DNA of 64,000 nt from Anaerolineae bacterium (GCA_963675785.1 OY776562.1:3072001-3136000); one strand, 5' to 3'. Numbered from the stretch's first letter, positions 9,226 to 19,501 are shown. The notes: generated by a model from the sequence alone, not told the origin. A program made the numbers and translations.

Positions 9226-9339
9226 CCACTGAGGCTATTATACGGGATTCCGGCTTCCTTGCAAGTTATGCACTGACGGGTTGCTTTTCGCTGAGACGGT
9301 GATATGCTCTGCCCAGTATTGGGCTCAAGGAGATTGATA

Positions 9340-11349
9340 ATGTCTGAGAAATGCGAACGCGAACCGCTTCAGCTTCCTGAATCGTGGGACCCTGAAGCCA
9401 AACTATGTGCCAACTATACCGAATACGGCACGTTTCACGAATCGCGGCAAGGGGCTTCTCTAGCCGAGGCTTTGGTGGCCAATGGCACTGCGCAGGATAT
9501 CGCTCTGGCCCACGAGGTGCTCGAAGCGACCCTGATTTGCCAAGAGATGGATCCACGCGATCCTCACTATGGCAATTTCTACTGGATGGCTGAGGATACG
9601 GTAGTATTTGACCTCAATGCCGTCGAGTTTTGCCTTGAACACCTGATCCCAATGATGATTGAACATCGCGCTAGGCTGCAGCCATCTATGCAGGCACGTG
9701 TGCTGGAAGCGATACGTTTGGGATTGGATGAGATTCGTCGTCTTGATGTTCTGGTCGCCTATACCAATATTACTGCTTTGGACATTCTGAACACGTGTTT
9801 GGGCGGAGAACTACTGGGCGATGTAGAGATTGCCCAACGTGGCTATGCCAAACTGCAAGAGTTTATTGCTTTCAATGACCAAGGTGGCATACCGGCCGAA
9901 TACAATAGCCCCACGTATACGCGCGTAGCTCTAAAGTCCATGATGGGGCTGATATCTCTGGCGAAAGACAGTGCCACGCGTACTCGGGCCCATGCCCAGT
10001 TGTTGCGCTTGGCCGTAAGCGCCGGACTGCATTTGCATGAGGGTACTGGCCGCTGGGCTGCGCCGCACAGCCGTGCCTATCAGCCCTCGGTGGAATGCCG
10101 CGAGGCGCCAGAAGTTGAGCTGTTCGATGCCTGGATTGAAAAGGGCGATTTGCCGGTATGGTGTCGCGCTCTGTGGCAGGGCAATTCAGTGCCTCACGAA
10201 ATCTGGGAGAGCGTGGATTCTCGTGTAGGTGTAGGCCTGTCGACTTGTATGGATAAGACCTTTGCCCTGGGTGTAGGTTCTTTGGGCGAGGGCGGCCAGG
10301 CGGATTCTTGCATGGTTCACTATAGGCGAGAAAAACCTTGTGATGGAGTCTTGTACACGCGCTATCTGATCAATGATAAATGGCTTGGTGACACCTACCA
10401 TCCCACAGACCGCACCAAGTCGAGAAACCTTGCCGACGAGGGGATGTTCTACGGTGTGCAGAGCACGAACAAAGCTTTGGGTTTGTATCGGCCCCAGCAT
10501 GTTTCTGAGTGTAGTAGTGCCAAGGTCGCGCTCATTTGGACGCGTATTGAGGGTATTGACGAGATACGGGTGAATGGTGAGCTGGTGACGGCGCTTCCTT
10601 ATAACGTTCCCGAAAATAGCGTGGTTGGAATCGCTGCTGGAGAGACATATATGGCAGTTCGCCCTCTGTCTTGCACGGCTATGGGTCGCGAGACACCCGT
10701 GCGCTTGGTCGATATCAAGGGCGATCTGGTGCTCGAGATGTACAACTACAAGGGAGAAAGCAAGCGCTTTTGGGAATTGGGTTGGCCCGGGGCATTTTTC
10801 AAAGGACACCCAACCTGCGGCTTTTATCTTGAGGTCGGCAATTCTTCAGATTGTGCTGATCTGGCGGCTTTCTGCGAAATTGTGGCCAGTGGGCACGTGA
10901 CAGACACTATCGATGAACCCTTCACCTATGCAGGCGATCGACCGCGTGTGCGCACACTCGCTTACGAGCGAGAGGGCAAATCTTTTGGCATGAAGGTGGA
11001 CGTGATGGCCTGGCAGCAACTTTCACGTTGGATTGGTGACACCGAGTTGGGTATGCCCATGTTGGAATCACCCTATGCCCGACAGAATCGAGAGGGCTAT
11101 GTAGCCGTAGCAGATGCATCGTTGACATGCGCTGCTGCGCCAGCTTGGCTAGCAGCATTCCCTGAAAAGGGCATCTGGGCGGCAGGTGTCCACAATCAAA
11201 CCCCTTGTGAATTGACGCTGGAAACATCAGTCGGCCGTGTTCATGTTGCCCAATTTGCCATGGGCACCATCGAATGGGTTGATGGACAGGTATCCATCAA
11301 CGCGCTCGTGGCTGAGGGTATCAAAGTCACAGGGGCCAATCTGGCTTAA
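9340..11349 (+). CDS. Large hypothetical protein (669 aa), possibly heparinase II/III-like alpha-toroid plus beta-sandwich
   Basis: Long ORF, AGGAG RBS before ATG 9340; helical N-half with YTN and EYNSPTY motifs, beta-rich C-half. Function uncertain. Confidence 0.6.
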   Translation: MSEKCEREPLQLPESWDPEAKLCANYTEYGTFHESRQGASLAEALVANGTAQDIALAHEVLEATLICQEMDPRDPHYGNFYWMAEDTVVFDLNAVEFCLEHLIPMMIEHRARLQPSMQARVLEAIRLGLDEIRRLDVLVAYTNITALDILNTCLGGELLGDVEIAQRGYAKLQEFIAFNDQGGIPAEYNSPTYTRVALKSMMGLISLAKDSATRTRAHAQLLRLAVSAGLHLHEGTGRWAAPHSRAYQPSVECREAPEVELFDAWIEKGDLPVWCRALWQGNSVPHEIWESVDSRVGVGLSTCMDKTFALGVGSLGEGGQADSCMVHYRREKPCDGVLYTRYLINDKWLGDTYHPTDRTKSRNLADEGMFYGVQSTNKALGLYRPQHVSECSSAKVALIWTRIEGIDEIRVNGELVTALPYNVPENSVVGIAAGETYMAVRPLSCTAMGRETPVRLVDIKGDLVLEMYNYKGESKRFWELGWPGAFFKGHPTCGFYLEVGNSSDCADLAAFCEIVASGHVTDTIDEPFTYAGDRPRVRTLAYEREGKSFGMKVDVMAWQQLSRWIGDTELGMPMLESPYARQNREGYVAVADASLTCAAAPAWLAAFPEKGIWAAGVHNQTPCELTLETSVGRVHVAQFAMGTIEWVDGQVSINALVAEGIKVTGANLA

Positions 11350-11400
11350 CAGGTAGGTACTTTGGGATATGCTTCACATACCCCTGGGGTGTTCCTCTTT

Positions 11401-11429
11401 TTGCAGTGCACTTGTGCGGGATGTATAAT
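11401..11429 (+). promoter_or_regulatory. Sigma70 promoter of the AOR-Hdr-Flx operon
   Basis: TTGCAG-17 nt-TATAAT, about 300 nt upstream of the AOR start. Confidence 0.7.
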
Positions 11430-11729
11430 CTCTGCTTAGAGGGGTTGAACCGTTAAAATACAAGAGTGGAGACCCAATCTCCGATATGGAACAAGTTTGT
11501 ACAGCTGGCTCTGGAGGGCTTCTGGCAAAGGCGCAGACCCTCAAAGTGTCGCATAGCTGTTCATCGCATATTGCGGCATCCGATTTTCTTGTGAGCTGTA
11601 CAGATACTTTGTTCCAAAAAGCACATTTGGCATTCATTCAAAATGGAATAGTACTATTCGAACGGACCATTGCGGACTGTACCAGGGAAAGCATGGTCCG
11701 TTCTGCATTTTTCAAGGGGGAAGATGCTC

Positions 11730-13607
11730 ATGTATTCCTATAGCGGCAGAGTTCTACATGTCGATGTTGGCACGCGTACTTCATGGGTGGAGCAGCTCGA
11801 TGAATCGCTCCTTAAAAAGCTGCTGGGAGGCGTGGGTTTGGCCACCTGGTTGGTTTACAAAAACACGCCCGCTGGTTGTGACCCGCTTGGCCCGGATAAC
11901 GCGCTCTGTTTTGCCTGTAGTGTGTTTGCTGGCACTACTATGCCGGTAGGCACCAAACATGCGGTGGCCAGCAAGTCACCCTTGACGGGTGTCATTGGCG
12001 ATTCGCTCTCTGGCAGCCACTTTTCTGAGGAGCTGCGCCGCGCCGGGTGGGATGGTATTGTCATCAAGGGGCAGGCGCCCGACTGGACCCTTTTGTTCAT
12101 TGATGATGACGATGTTCGCTTTCTCGAAGCTGGTGATTTGGTTGGCATGGGCTGTATGGGCACACAGCAGCGCGTGCGCGACTTGTTCGGCGATGAGAAC
12201 GTACGGGTGAGTTCCATCGGGCCGGCCGGCGAGAATTTGGTGCGTTTTGCTTCGATTGACAATGACGGCCGCCAAGTGGGTCGCACGGGCAATGGCACGG
12301 TGATGGGTAGCAAAAAGATCAAAGCCATTGCTTTGCGAGGCTCCAAGCCTGTCAGCGTGGCTGATCCCAAAGGTTTGCTGGCAGAGACCAAACGGCTCAT
12401 CCAAGTGGCACAAGGCCCGGGCACGTTCAAGTATCGTACGTTAGGTACCCCCGCCAACGTGCTGAATATGAACAAGATCGGCGTACTGCCCACACGAAAC
12501 TTTTCCGAGACGATTTTTGAACACGCCAACGAGATCAGTGGTGAATTCCTCCGCGACCATCTGTTGGTCAAAGAAGTGGCCTGTTCGGGCTGCCCTATCG
12601 CCTGTGAGCATTGGGCCGAGATCAAAGAGGGCCCCTACAAAGGCTCGATGATCGGTGTGGATTACGAACCCCTCTTCTCGCTGGGTTCCAACTGCGGCAT
12701 TGGCGATTTTGGCCCCATTGTGCACCTCATCGAAATGTGCGATGACCTGGGCATGGACGCCATGAGCGCCGGTGTGGTCATTAGTTGGGCTATGGAAGCT
12801 TTTGAACGGGGTGTATTTACTACCGAGGACACTGGCGGCTTGGAACTAAACTTTGGCAACGATGTGGCCGCCGTGGAAATTCTCAGACAAATTGCTTACC
12901 GTGAGGGATTGGGCGATCTATTGGCTGAGGGCGTCAAGCGCGCTTCAGAGCATACGGGCAAGGGCAGTGAGCACTATGCCATGCACATCAAGGGGCTAGA
13001 GATGCCTGGTTACGATGTGCGCAGCCTAAAGACCTTTGCCATGGGCCTGGCTGTGGGCACCCGCGGTGGCTGCCACAATCGCTCTCTGGCTTACGAGGCG
13101 GACATCAAGGGAGAGGTCGACCGTTTTACGGCGGATTCGAGCCGTGGCGCTATTGCCCGCGATAAAGAGAACTTTGCAGCCATCCTCGATTCGCTGGTTT
13201 TGTGCAAGTTCATCCGTAATGCCTTTGATGACTTTTACGAGGATGTGGCCCGCCTCTACAACATGGTCACAGGCCTTGATCTAACGGCGGCAGAGCTCAA
13301 GGCAGTAGGGGAGCGGGTTTGGAATCTGAAAAAGGCCTTTAACATTCGTGAGGGTTGGACGCGCGCTGACGACTGGCTGCCCGATCGTGTGCTCATGGAT
13401 CCGGTTCCTGATGGGCCATCCAAGGGCTCTTTTGTGACGGCGGACGAGCTCAATATGATGATCGATTCGTACTATGTGGCTCGTGGATGGACACCGGAAG
13501 GCTTGATCCCCCGCGAGAAACTGATTGAGTTGGGCCTTGGGGACATAGCCGACGACATTTGCCCAAGTTTGGTGGTAGCACCGGAACCTGCGGTCAAGGA
13601 GGCCTAG
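11730..13607 (+). CDS. aor: Aldehyde:ferredoxin oxidoreductase family (tungstopterin) catalytic subunit
   Basis: KSPLTG, SIGPAGENLVRFASI, GRTGNGTVMGSKKIKAI, CSGCPIAC, DDLGMDAMSAG, RGGCH. Confidence 0.95.
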   Translation: MYSYSGRVLHVDVGTRTSWVEQLDESLLKKLLGGVGLATWLVYKNTPAGCDPLGPDNALCFACSVFAGTTMPVGTKHAVASKSPLTGVIGDSLSGSHFSEELRRAGWDGIVIKGQAPDWTLLFIDDDDVRFLEAGDLVGMGCMGTQQRVRDLFGDENVRVSSIGPAGENLVRFASIDNDGRQVGRTGNGTVMGSKKIKAIALRGSKPVSVADPKGLLAETKRLIQVAQGPGTFKYRTLGTPANVLNMNKIGVLPTRNFSETIFEHANEISGEFLRDHLLVKEVACSGCPIACEHWAEIKEGPYKGSMIGVDYEPLFSLGSNCGIGDFGPIVHLIEMCDDLGMDAMSAGVVISWAMEAFERGVFTTEDTGGLELNFGNDVAAVEILRQIAYREGLGDLLAEGVKRASEHTGKGSEHYAMHIKGLEMPGYDVRSLKTFAMGLAVGTRGGCHNRSLAYEADIKGEVDRFTADSSRGAIARDKENFAAILDSLVLCKFIRNAFDDFYEDVARLYNMVTGLDLTAAELKAVGERVWNLKKAFNIREGWTRADDWLPDRVLMDPVPDGPSKGSFVTADELNMMIDSYYVARGWTPEGLIPREKLIELGLGDIADDICPSLVVAPEPAVKEA

Positions 13608-13609
13608 CC

Positions 13610-14125
13610 GTGGCAGTAACCCAGTATCAGCATATTATTTGTGACCCCGACAAGTGTATCGGCTGCAGGTTGTGTGAGTATGCTTGTTCAGCTACCAAGA
13701 CCAACGCTTTTGATGCGCCCATGTCACGCATTCGGGTGGTGCGCATTGAGCCCATTACCATGATTGCCATAAGCTGCCGGCTCTGTGCGGATGCTCCCTG
13801 CATTATCGCCTGCCCGCGGAACGCCTTGACGCGTTCTTCTGAGAACGGCACTATCATTGTGGATGTTGACAAGTGCGATGGTTGCGGGTGGTGCATTGAG
13901 GCCTGCGATTTCGGCGCCATGCTCCTCGACCCGGCTACAAAGACGGCGGCTGTGTGCGATTTGTGTGCCGATCAACCCGATGGCCCGCAGTGCGTGGCCT
14001 TTTGCCCCAAAGAAGCGCTGGTATTAGGCACGCCGGAGACGCTTCGCCAGCAGGCTCGGCGTGATGTGGTAAAGAAACTGTTTGATGAACTATCGACTGA
14101 TGGCCCACAGCAGGAGAAGCGATAG
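13610..14125 (+). CDS. 4Fe-4S dicluster electron-transfer subunit of AOR
   Basis: CIGCRLCEYAC, CRLCADAPCIIACP, CDGCGWCIEAC, CDLC...CVAFCP; GTG start behind AGGAGG. Confidence 0.9.
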   Translation: MAVTQYQHIICDPDKCIGCRLCEYACSATKTNAFDAPMSRIRVVRIEPITMIAISCRLCADAPCIIACPRNALTRSSENGTIIVDVDKCDGCGWCIEACDFGAMLLDPATKTAAVCDLCADQPDGPQCVAFCPKEALVLGTPETLRQQARRDVVKKLFDELSTDGPQQEKR

Positions 14126-14128
14126 CGA

Positions 14129-16588
14129 ATGGAAGAACAGATCCGAGTTGGGGTGTATGTTTGCAGTTGTGGTTCAAACATCGGAAGTGTGGTCGACCCC
14201 AAGGTGTTGGCCGAATACGCCAGCGCGTTGCCCGATGTGGTGCTCACCCGTGATAACCTGTACATGTGCGGTGAGCCGGGTCAGAAAATGGTGCAAAAGG
14301 ACATTGTCGAGCACAACCTGAATCGCGTGGTGATTGCGGCCTGCAGTGTGCGCATGCACGAGCCTACTTTTAGGGCTTGCGTGGCCAAGGCGGGGCTCAA
14401 CCCCTTCCTTATGGAGATGGCCAACATCCGCGAGCAGGACACCTGGGTGCACGGCCACGATCATGAGGGAGCCCTGGCCAAGGCCAAGGACCTGATTGCG
14501 GCGGCAGTGGCCAAGGTACGCTATGCCCACCCGCTGCAAACCATCACCGTGCCAGTAACCAAGGCCGCGCTCGTGGTGGGCGGCGGTGTTGCAGGTATTA
14601 GTTCGGCGCTAGACCTCGCCGATATGGGGATCAAGACCTATCTGTTGGAAAGGGAGCTGAGCATTGGCGGCAAGATGGCTCAGCTGAACAAGACCTTTCC
14701 AACGATGGATTGCTCCATTTGAATACTTGCACCAAAGATGGTTGACGCGGCGCGTCACCCCAACATTGAAATACTGAGCTATTCGGAACTACTACGACTT
14801 GACGGCTATATCGGCAATTTCCGCGCCGAGATCGTCCGCAAGCCGCGCTATGTCATTGCGTCCAACTGCACCGGCTGTGGCGAGTGTGCTGAGGCCTGCC
14901 CCATTGAGGTGCCCAACGCCTTTGATGTGGATATTGCCCCGCGCAAAGCCATAGATGTGCCCCATGCCCAGGCGGTGCCGCTCATCTATGCCATTGATAT
15001 GGATAACTGTATCCAGTGCTATCAATGTGTAACGGCCTGTGGCGAGCGTGATGCCATTGATTTCTCTCAGGAACCCGAAATCATCAATCTCGATGTCGGT
15101 GCCATTGTCACTGCTACGGGGTTTGACGTCTTTGATCCACAAGTGATTCCCGAATACGGCTATAGCCACTATCCCAACGTCATCACGGCGATGGAATTGG
15201 AACGACTAGCCAACTCGGCGGGGCCCACGATTGGTCGCCTGGTGCGCCCTTCGGACGGCAAACCACCCGAGAGCCTGGCGTTGGTTCTCTGCGTTGGCTC
15301 GCGTGACAAGCGCTATAACGAATATTGCTCGGGCTTTTGCTGCATGTATTCCATCAAGAACGCCATTCTGCTCAAACAAGCCAACCCCGAGATGGACATC
15401 ACCATCTTTTACATGGATATCCGTACGCCTTCTAAAGGATATGAAGAGTTTTACAATCGCGCCCGAGCTGCTGGCATTCGCTTTGTGCGCGGTCGGCCGG
15501 CTCAGATCACCGAAGATCCCACCACACATAACCTGTTTATTGAGGCCGAGGATCAGGAATTGGGCGAGGTCATTGAACTGGAGACCGAAATGGCCGTTTT
15601 AGCTTCGGCAGCCATTCCATCCGAAGGCACTGATGAGCTAGCTTCTCAACTGACCCTTTCGCGCAGCCCCAGTGGCTTTTTCATGGAGTATCACCCCAAG
15701 CTGCGTCCGGTCGATTCGCCCACGGATGGCATCTTTTTGGCGGGCGCGGCCCAAGGGCCCAAGGACATTCCCGCCAGTGTGGCTCAGGCCAGCGCTGCAG
15801 CCTCACGTGCAGCACGGGTACTTTCTTCAGCTACCTGGGAGATCGAGCCCATCATTGCCGAGGTTGACCCCAAGGTGTGCATCAGCGCCCAGGGCAAAAA
15901 GTGTGGCATTTGCGCTACGGCCTGTCCTTACGGTGCTATCATCGTTGAGCCTGGCCAACCTGCGGTAGTTACCCAAGCCAAATGTCATGGCTGTGGTGGC
16001 TGTGTGGCTGAATGCCCGCACAATGCCATCACCCAGCATCACTTTACCGATCCGCAATTGGCGGCAGAGTTGGAAGCACTGCTCGATGACAAACCAGAAG
16101 AGAAAATTCTGGTGTTCATGTGCAACTGGTGTAGCTATGGCGGTGCTGATAACGCCGGCAGCAGCCACTTTGAATACACTTCGGCTTCACGAGGCCTGCG
16201 GGTGATGTGTTCGGCGCGTATGGATCAGGACTTTATTCTGGAGGCTTTCCGCCGAGGCGCTGGCATGGTACTGGTTTCGGGTTGCCACCCGCAAGACTGC
16301 CACTATATCACTGGCCAGCAAGTAGCGGCCCAGCGTTTTGATCGTATTCCGCGTACACTGGAGCGCGCTGGCATCAACCCCGAGCGTTTCAGAGTGGAGT
16401 GGATTTCGGCGGCCGAGGGCGAAAAGTATGCCCGTGTGCTCAATGAGATGCAGGTCAAACTGGATTCGCTTGACCCCGAGGTGCTGCGGGAAGAGAATCG
16501 TACGGCTGAGCCTTCGTTAACCTCGCGGCTCAAGCGCTGGAAGTTGGTGCCCGAGATGGCCGCTATTCTAGAGGCGACCAAATCATGA
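14129..16588 (+). CDS. hdrA: Heterodisulfide reductase A-like flavoprotein fused to MvhD; selenoprotein (UGA 14720-14722 = Sec), 819 aa
   Basis: ORFs 14129-14722 and 14738-16588 are in the same frame, joined by TFPTMDCSI-TGA-ILAPKM at the HdrA DCxxC/U position. GGGVAG FAD motif, CVGSRD/CSGFCCMY, ferredoxin inserts, C-terminal MvhD (CNWCSY, VMCSAR, GCHPQDCHY). Confidence 0.92.
14740..14759 (+). promoter_or_regulatory. Bacterial SECIS-like hairpin
   Basis: GG-T(bulge)-TGACGC-GGC-GCGTCA-CC; G-rich loop begins 27 nt after the in-frame UGA. Confidence 0.75.
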
Positions 16589-17568
16589 TCAAATCGACCG
16601 CCTTTGATAAATCGTTTCCCAAAGAGGTGATGGCTGAGCCGGGCGGCGAGCAGTTGGTGGTTTGCTCGTCGTGCGGCACTTGCGCGGCGGCCTGTGTGGT
16701 GCGTCAGCAAAACCCTGAATACAACCCGCGGCGCATACTGCGTATGGCGGCGCTGGGGTTACGGGAGAAGGTACTTTCCTCCGAAGAGATTTGGCAATGC
16801 TCGGCTTGCGATGATTGTTATCCTCGCTGCCCCAAGGGTATCCATATCTCGGAAGTGATGGGTGCCATCCGGCAGATTGCCATTCGCGAGGGCTATACAC
16901 GGCCCGGCGCGACGGCCCAGGTGAACGTGAACCGCTGCGTGGCCTGTGGCATGTGTGCGGCGGCCTGCCCCTATGAAGCTATCAAACTGGAAGAAATCAT
17001 GATTCGCCGGTCACCCAAGCGAGTAGCCCAAGTAGACCCGAACCTTTGCGCGGGGTGTGGTATTTGCAACGCCGTGTGTCCCTCTGGCTCGATCTCGCTG
17101 GAGGGTTATACAGACCGTGAAGTACACGACGTGCTGTTGGAGGCCATGCCGCCCGATTGGTCGGGTCGGTTGCTGGTCATCATTTGCAATTGGAGCCTCC
17201 ACGCCGGTTCTGATATCACCTTTGCCGAAAACCCTCCCGAGGGTGTGCAGGTCATTCGTGTATCCTGTTCGGGACGAGTGACGCCCACCTTTGTGACTAC
17301 TGCTTTCGACCGTGGCGCTGAGGGCGTGTTAGTGGTGGGTTGCGACGAGGAAGAATGCCATTATCGTGAGGGCAGCCGCATCGCCAGCGGTCGGCTTCAG
17401 GTGTTGGGCTCACTGTTGGACATGATGGGCGTGGATGCCGCGCGCGTGCGCTTTACACGGCTTACCTCGCTGGACCGTGGCAAGTTGCCGACCATGGCGC
17501 AAGAGCAGCAAGCGCAACTGTCCGAATTAGGGCCGTTGGATTGGAAGGGTACCGGGGGGCGCTCATGA
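16585..17568 (+). CDS. HdrC-like + 2[4Fe-4S] ferredoxin + MvhD/FlxD-like fusion protein
   Basis: CSSCGTCAAAC and IWQCSACDDCYPRCP (HdrC), two CxxCxxCxxxCP motifs, then CNWS, VSCSGRV, GCDEEECHY (MvhD). Confidence 0.85.
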   Translation: MIKSTAFDKSFPKEVMAEPGGEQLVVCSSCGTCAAACVVRQQNPEYNPRRILRMAALGLREKVLSSEEIWQCSACDDCYPRCPKGIHISEVMGAIRQIAIREGYTRPGATAQVNVNRCVACGMCAAACPYEAIKLEEIMIRRSPKRVAQVDPNLCAGCGICNAVCPSGSISLEGYTDREVHDVLLEAMPPDWSGRLLVIICNWSLHAGSDITFAENPPEGVQVIRVSCSGRVTPTFVTTAFDRGAEGVLVVGCDEEECHYREGSRIASGRLQVLGSLLDMMGVDAARVRFTRLTSLDRGKLPTMAQEQQAQLSELGPLDWKGTGGRS

Positions 17569-18440
17569 GCGATCGTGGAAATCATCAGGATGCCATGCGC
17601 GCTGCCCAGACATTGGCTGAGATGCAACCCCTGCTGCGCGAAACGGCCCATCACTTGTTGAGCGAGGGACAGGTTCATGGTGTGTTGGGCTTTTGTGAGA
17701 CGGTCACGCCCGGTGTGGTGACGCCTTGTCTCCTTCGCCAACCCAGCGAATGCCAAAAGCTGGTGCTGAATACGGCTTGCTATCACAATCTGGCAGGCTA
17801 TTTGGTGGGCCCCGATGGTCTGCTCAAGGGCGCCCGTGCCGAGCGTAACGCGCCACTAGCTATCGTGGCTAGGCCAGGGGTATTGCGCACGCTGGTGGTG
17901 TTGCTGCAAGAGCAACAGATTGTGCGTGAGGACATTGTCGTGTTGGGCATTACCGACAACACGCCCATTGGCTTAAAGCCAGACGTGCTCTTGGGCGAAC
18001 TCGATCGCGATTTTGTGGGCGGCTCGCAACACGAGGAATTGATTGCTCGCCTGCAGGCCATGAGTACAGCGGAGCGAGCGGCTTGGTGGAACGCTCGCTT
18101 TGCCCAGTGTGTGCGCTGCTATGCCTGCCGACAGGTTTGCCCGCTCTGCTATTGCGAACAGTGTGTGGTGGATGAAAACCTGCCCCAGTGGATCGACAAG
18201 AGCGACTCGGTGGCCTCTAATCGCACCTTTTTGCTGGTGCGGGCCATGCACCTCATGGGGCGCTGCGTGAACTGTGGCGCTTGTGAGGCGGCCTGTCCCA
18301 TGCATTTGCCTTTGGGAGTGTTGACCACGTTGTTGGGCAAAGAGGTACAAACAACTCTGGCCTTTGTGCCGGGTTCGGATGGGACGCAGGCGCCGGCTGC
18401 TCTGGGCTGCCGCATTGTTGCTGGTCGCGGAGAGGAATAG
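17565..18440 (+). CDS. FlxC/FdhB-like 4Fe-4S protein
   Basis: CVRCYACRQVCPLCYCEQC and HLMGRCVNCGACEAACP; ATGA overlap with upstream stop. Confidence 0.8.
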   Translation: MSDRGNHQDAMRAAQTLAEMQPLLRETAHHLLSEGQVHGVLGFCETVTPGVVTPCLLRQPSECQKLVLNTACYHNLAGYLVGPDGLLKGARAERNAPLAIVARPGVLRTLVVLLQEQQIVREDIVVLGITDNTPIGLKPDVLLGELDRDFVGGSQHEELIARLQAMSTAERAAWWNARFAQCVRCYACRQVCPLCYCEQCVVDENLPQWIDKSDSVASNRTFLLVRAMHLMGRCVNCGACEAACPMHLPLGVLTTLLGKEVQTTLAFVPGSDGTQAPAALGCRIVAGRGEE

Positions 18441-18442
18441 CC

Positions 18443-19492
18443 ATGGCGAACAAAATGCTGCGTCTTGCCGATGTCCCTGCCTTGGTAGAGGCAATGTTGG
18501 CCGAGGCCATCGTCGTTGGGCCTTCGTTGAGCGAGCAGCTTTCTGATGAGGCGCCGGCGGCGCTCTATAACGAAATCCATGCGCCACACGACCTGTGGTT
18601 GGATTCTGGTCGCCCGGCCAAGAGCCTCAAAGAGTTCTTTTTCCCGCCACGAGAGGTATTGTTCACCTATCGCCTTAGCGAGACAGGCGTTGAGGTGACT
18701 GAGCCCGAGCTAGAGACCAGGCCGCGCATTGTCTTTGGCGCCCGTCCCTGCGATGCCGCCGCTTTGCCGGTGATGGATCAGGTGTTCGGTTGGGGTGAAC
18801 AAGATAACACCTATTTTTATCGGCGGGAGCATACTACCATTGTTACCGTGGCCTGTGATGCCCCTGAGAACACCTGCTTTTGCACCTCCTTGGGTGGCTC
18901 GCCCACGGGTACGGCTGGCGCTGATGTGCTGCTGACGCGCCTTGGCGATGTGTACCATGTGAGTGTCCTTTCGGACAAGGGTGCCCAACTGGTTGCTGCC
19001 TACCCTGATTATTTCAGGGAGGCGAGCCCAGCACTGGATCTGGCCCAAGAAGACACTGCGCGAGCGCTAGAAGAGCAAATCGTGCGCAAGATTGATCCTG
19101 CGCCCATTCGCGATATCGCCTTTGACGACCCGCTCTGGCAGGAGCTGACTCAGCAGTGTGTGGATTGCGGGGTGTGCACCTTCCTTTGCCCCACTTGCCA
19201 TTGTTTCGATATACAGGATGAGGGCAACGAGGCCGAGGGCCAACGTGTGCGCCTGTGGGATTCCTGCGCTTTTCGTGATTTCACGCGTATGACAGTAGCT
19301 CAGCCACGCCCAGAGCATTACCGGCGCTATCGACAGCGTATTATGCACAAGTTCCAATACTATCCCACCAATTTCGATGCCGCCTTGTGCGTGGGCTGTG
19401 GCCGTTGCGTGGCCTCTTGCCCGGCTGGGGTAGATATTACCGAGATCATCTCGCGGTTGGGCGCAAGCCTGGCAGCGCGTGAAGGAGAATAG
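18443..19492 (+). CDS. FlxB / AsrA / sulfhydrogenase-beta-like 4Fe-4S protein
   Basis: FGARPCD, CFCTS, CVDCGVCTFLCPTCHCF, RLWDSC, RQRIMHKF, CVGCGRCVASCP. Confidence 0.85.
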   Translation: MANKMLRLADVPALVEAMLAEAIVVGPSLSEQLSDEAPAALYNEIHAPHDLWLDSGRPAKSLKEFFFPPREVLFTYRLSETGVEVTEPELETRPRIVFGARPCDAAALPVMDQVFGWGEQDNTYFYRREHTTIVTVACDAPENTCFCTSLGGSPTGTAGADVLLTRLGDVYHVSVLSDKGAQLVAAYPDYFREASPALDLAQEDTARALEEQIVRKIDPAPIRDIAFDDPLWQELTQQCVDCGVCTFLCPTCHCFDIQDEGNEAEGQRVRLWDSCAFRDFTRMTVAQPRPEHYRRYRQRIMHKFQYYPTNFDAALCVGCGRCVASCPAGVDITEIISRLGASLAAREGE

Positions 19493-19501
19493 GCGCTCAT
19501 C

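Noticed and set aside
11436-11712. Moco riboswitch, c-di-GMP riboswitch, 6S RNA or Rex box in the AOR leader
   Set aside because: No CCCG.UUUGGAAAGG signature, no complete GEMM motif, ends do not pair as a 6S rod, and TTGTGAGCTGTACAGA matches only half of a Rex site.
14129-14722. hdrA as a pseudogene or two separate genes
   Set aside because: The UGA is in frame, sits at the conserved Cys/Sec position and is followed by a SECIS-like hairpin; no frameshift or other decay.
16100-17400. Additional Sec codons in the MvhD domains
   Set aside because: All ligand positions are Cys codons; other TGA stops in the operon overlap downstream starts.
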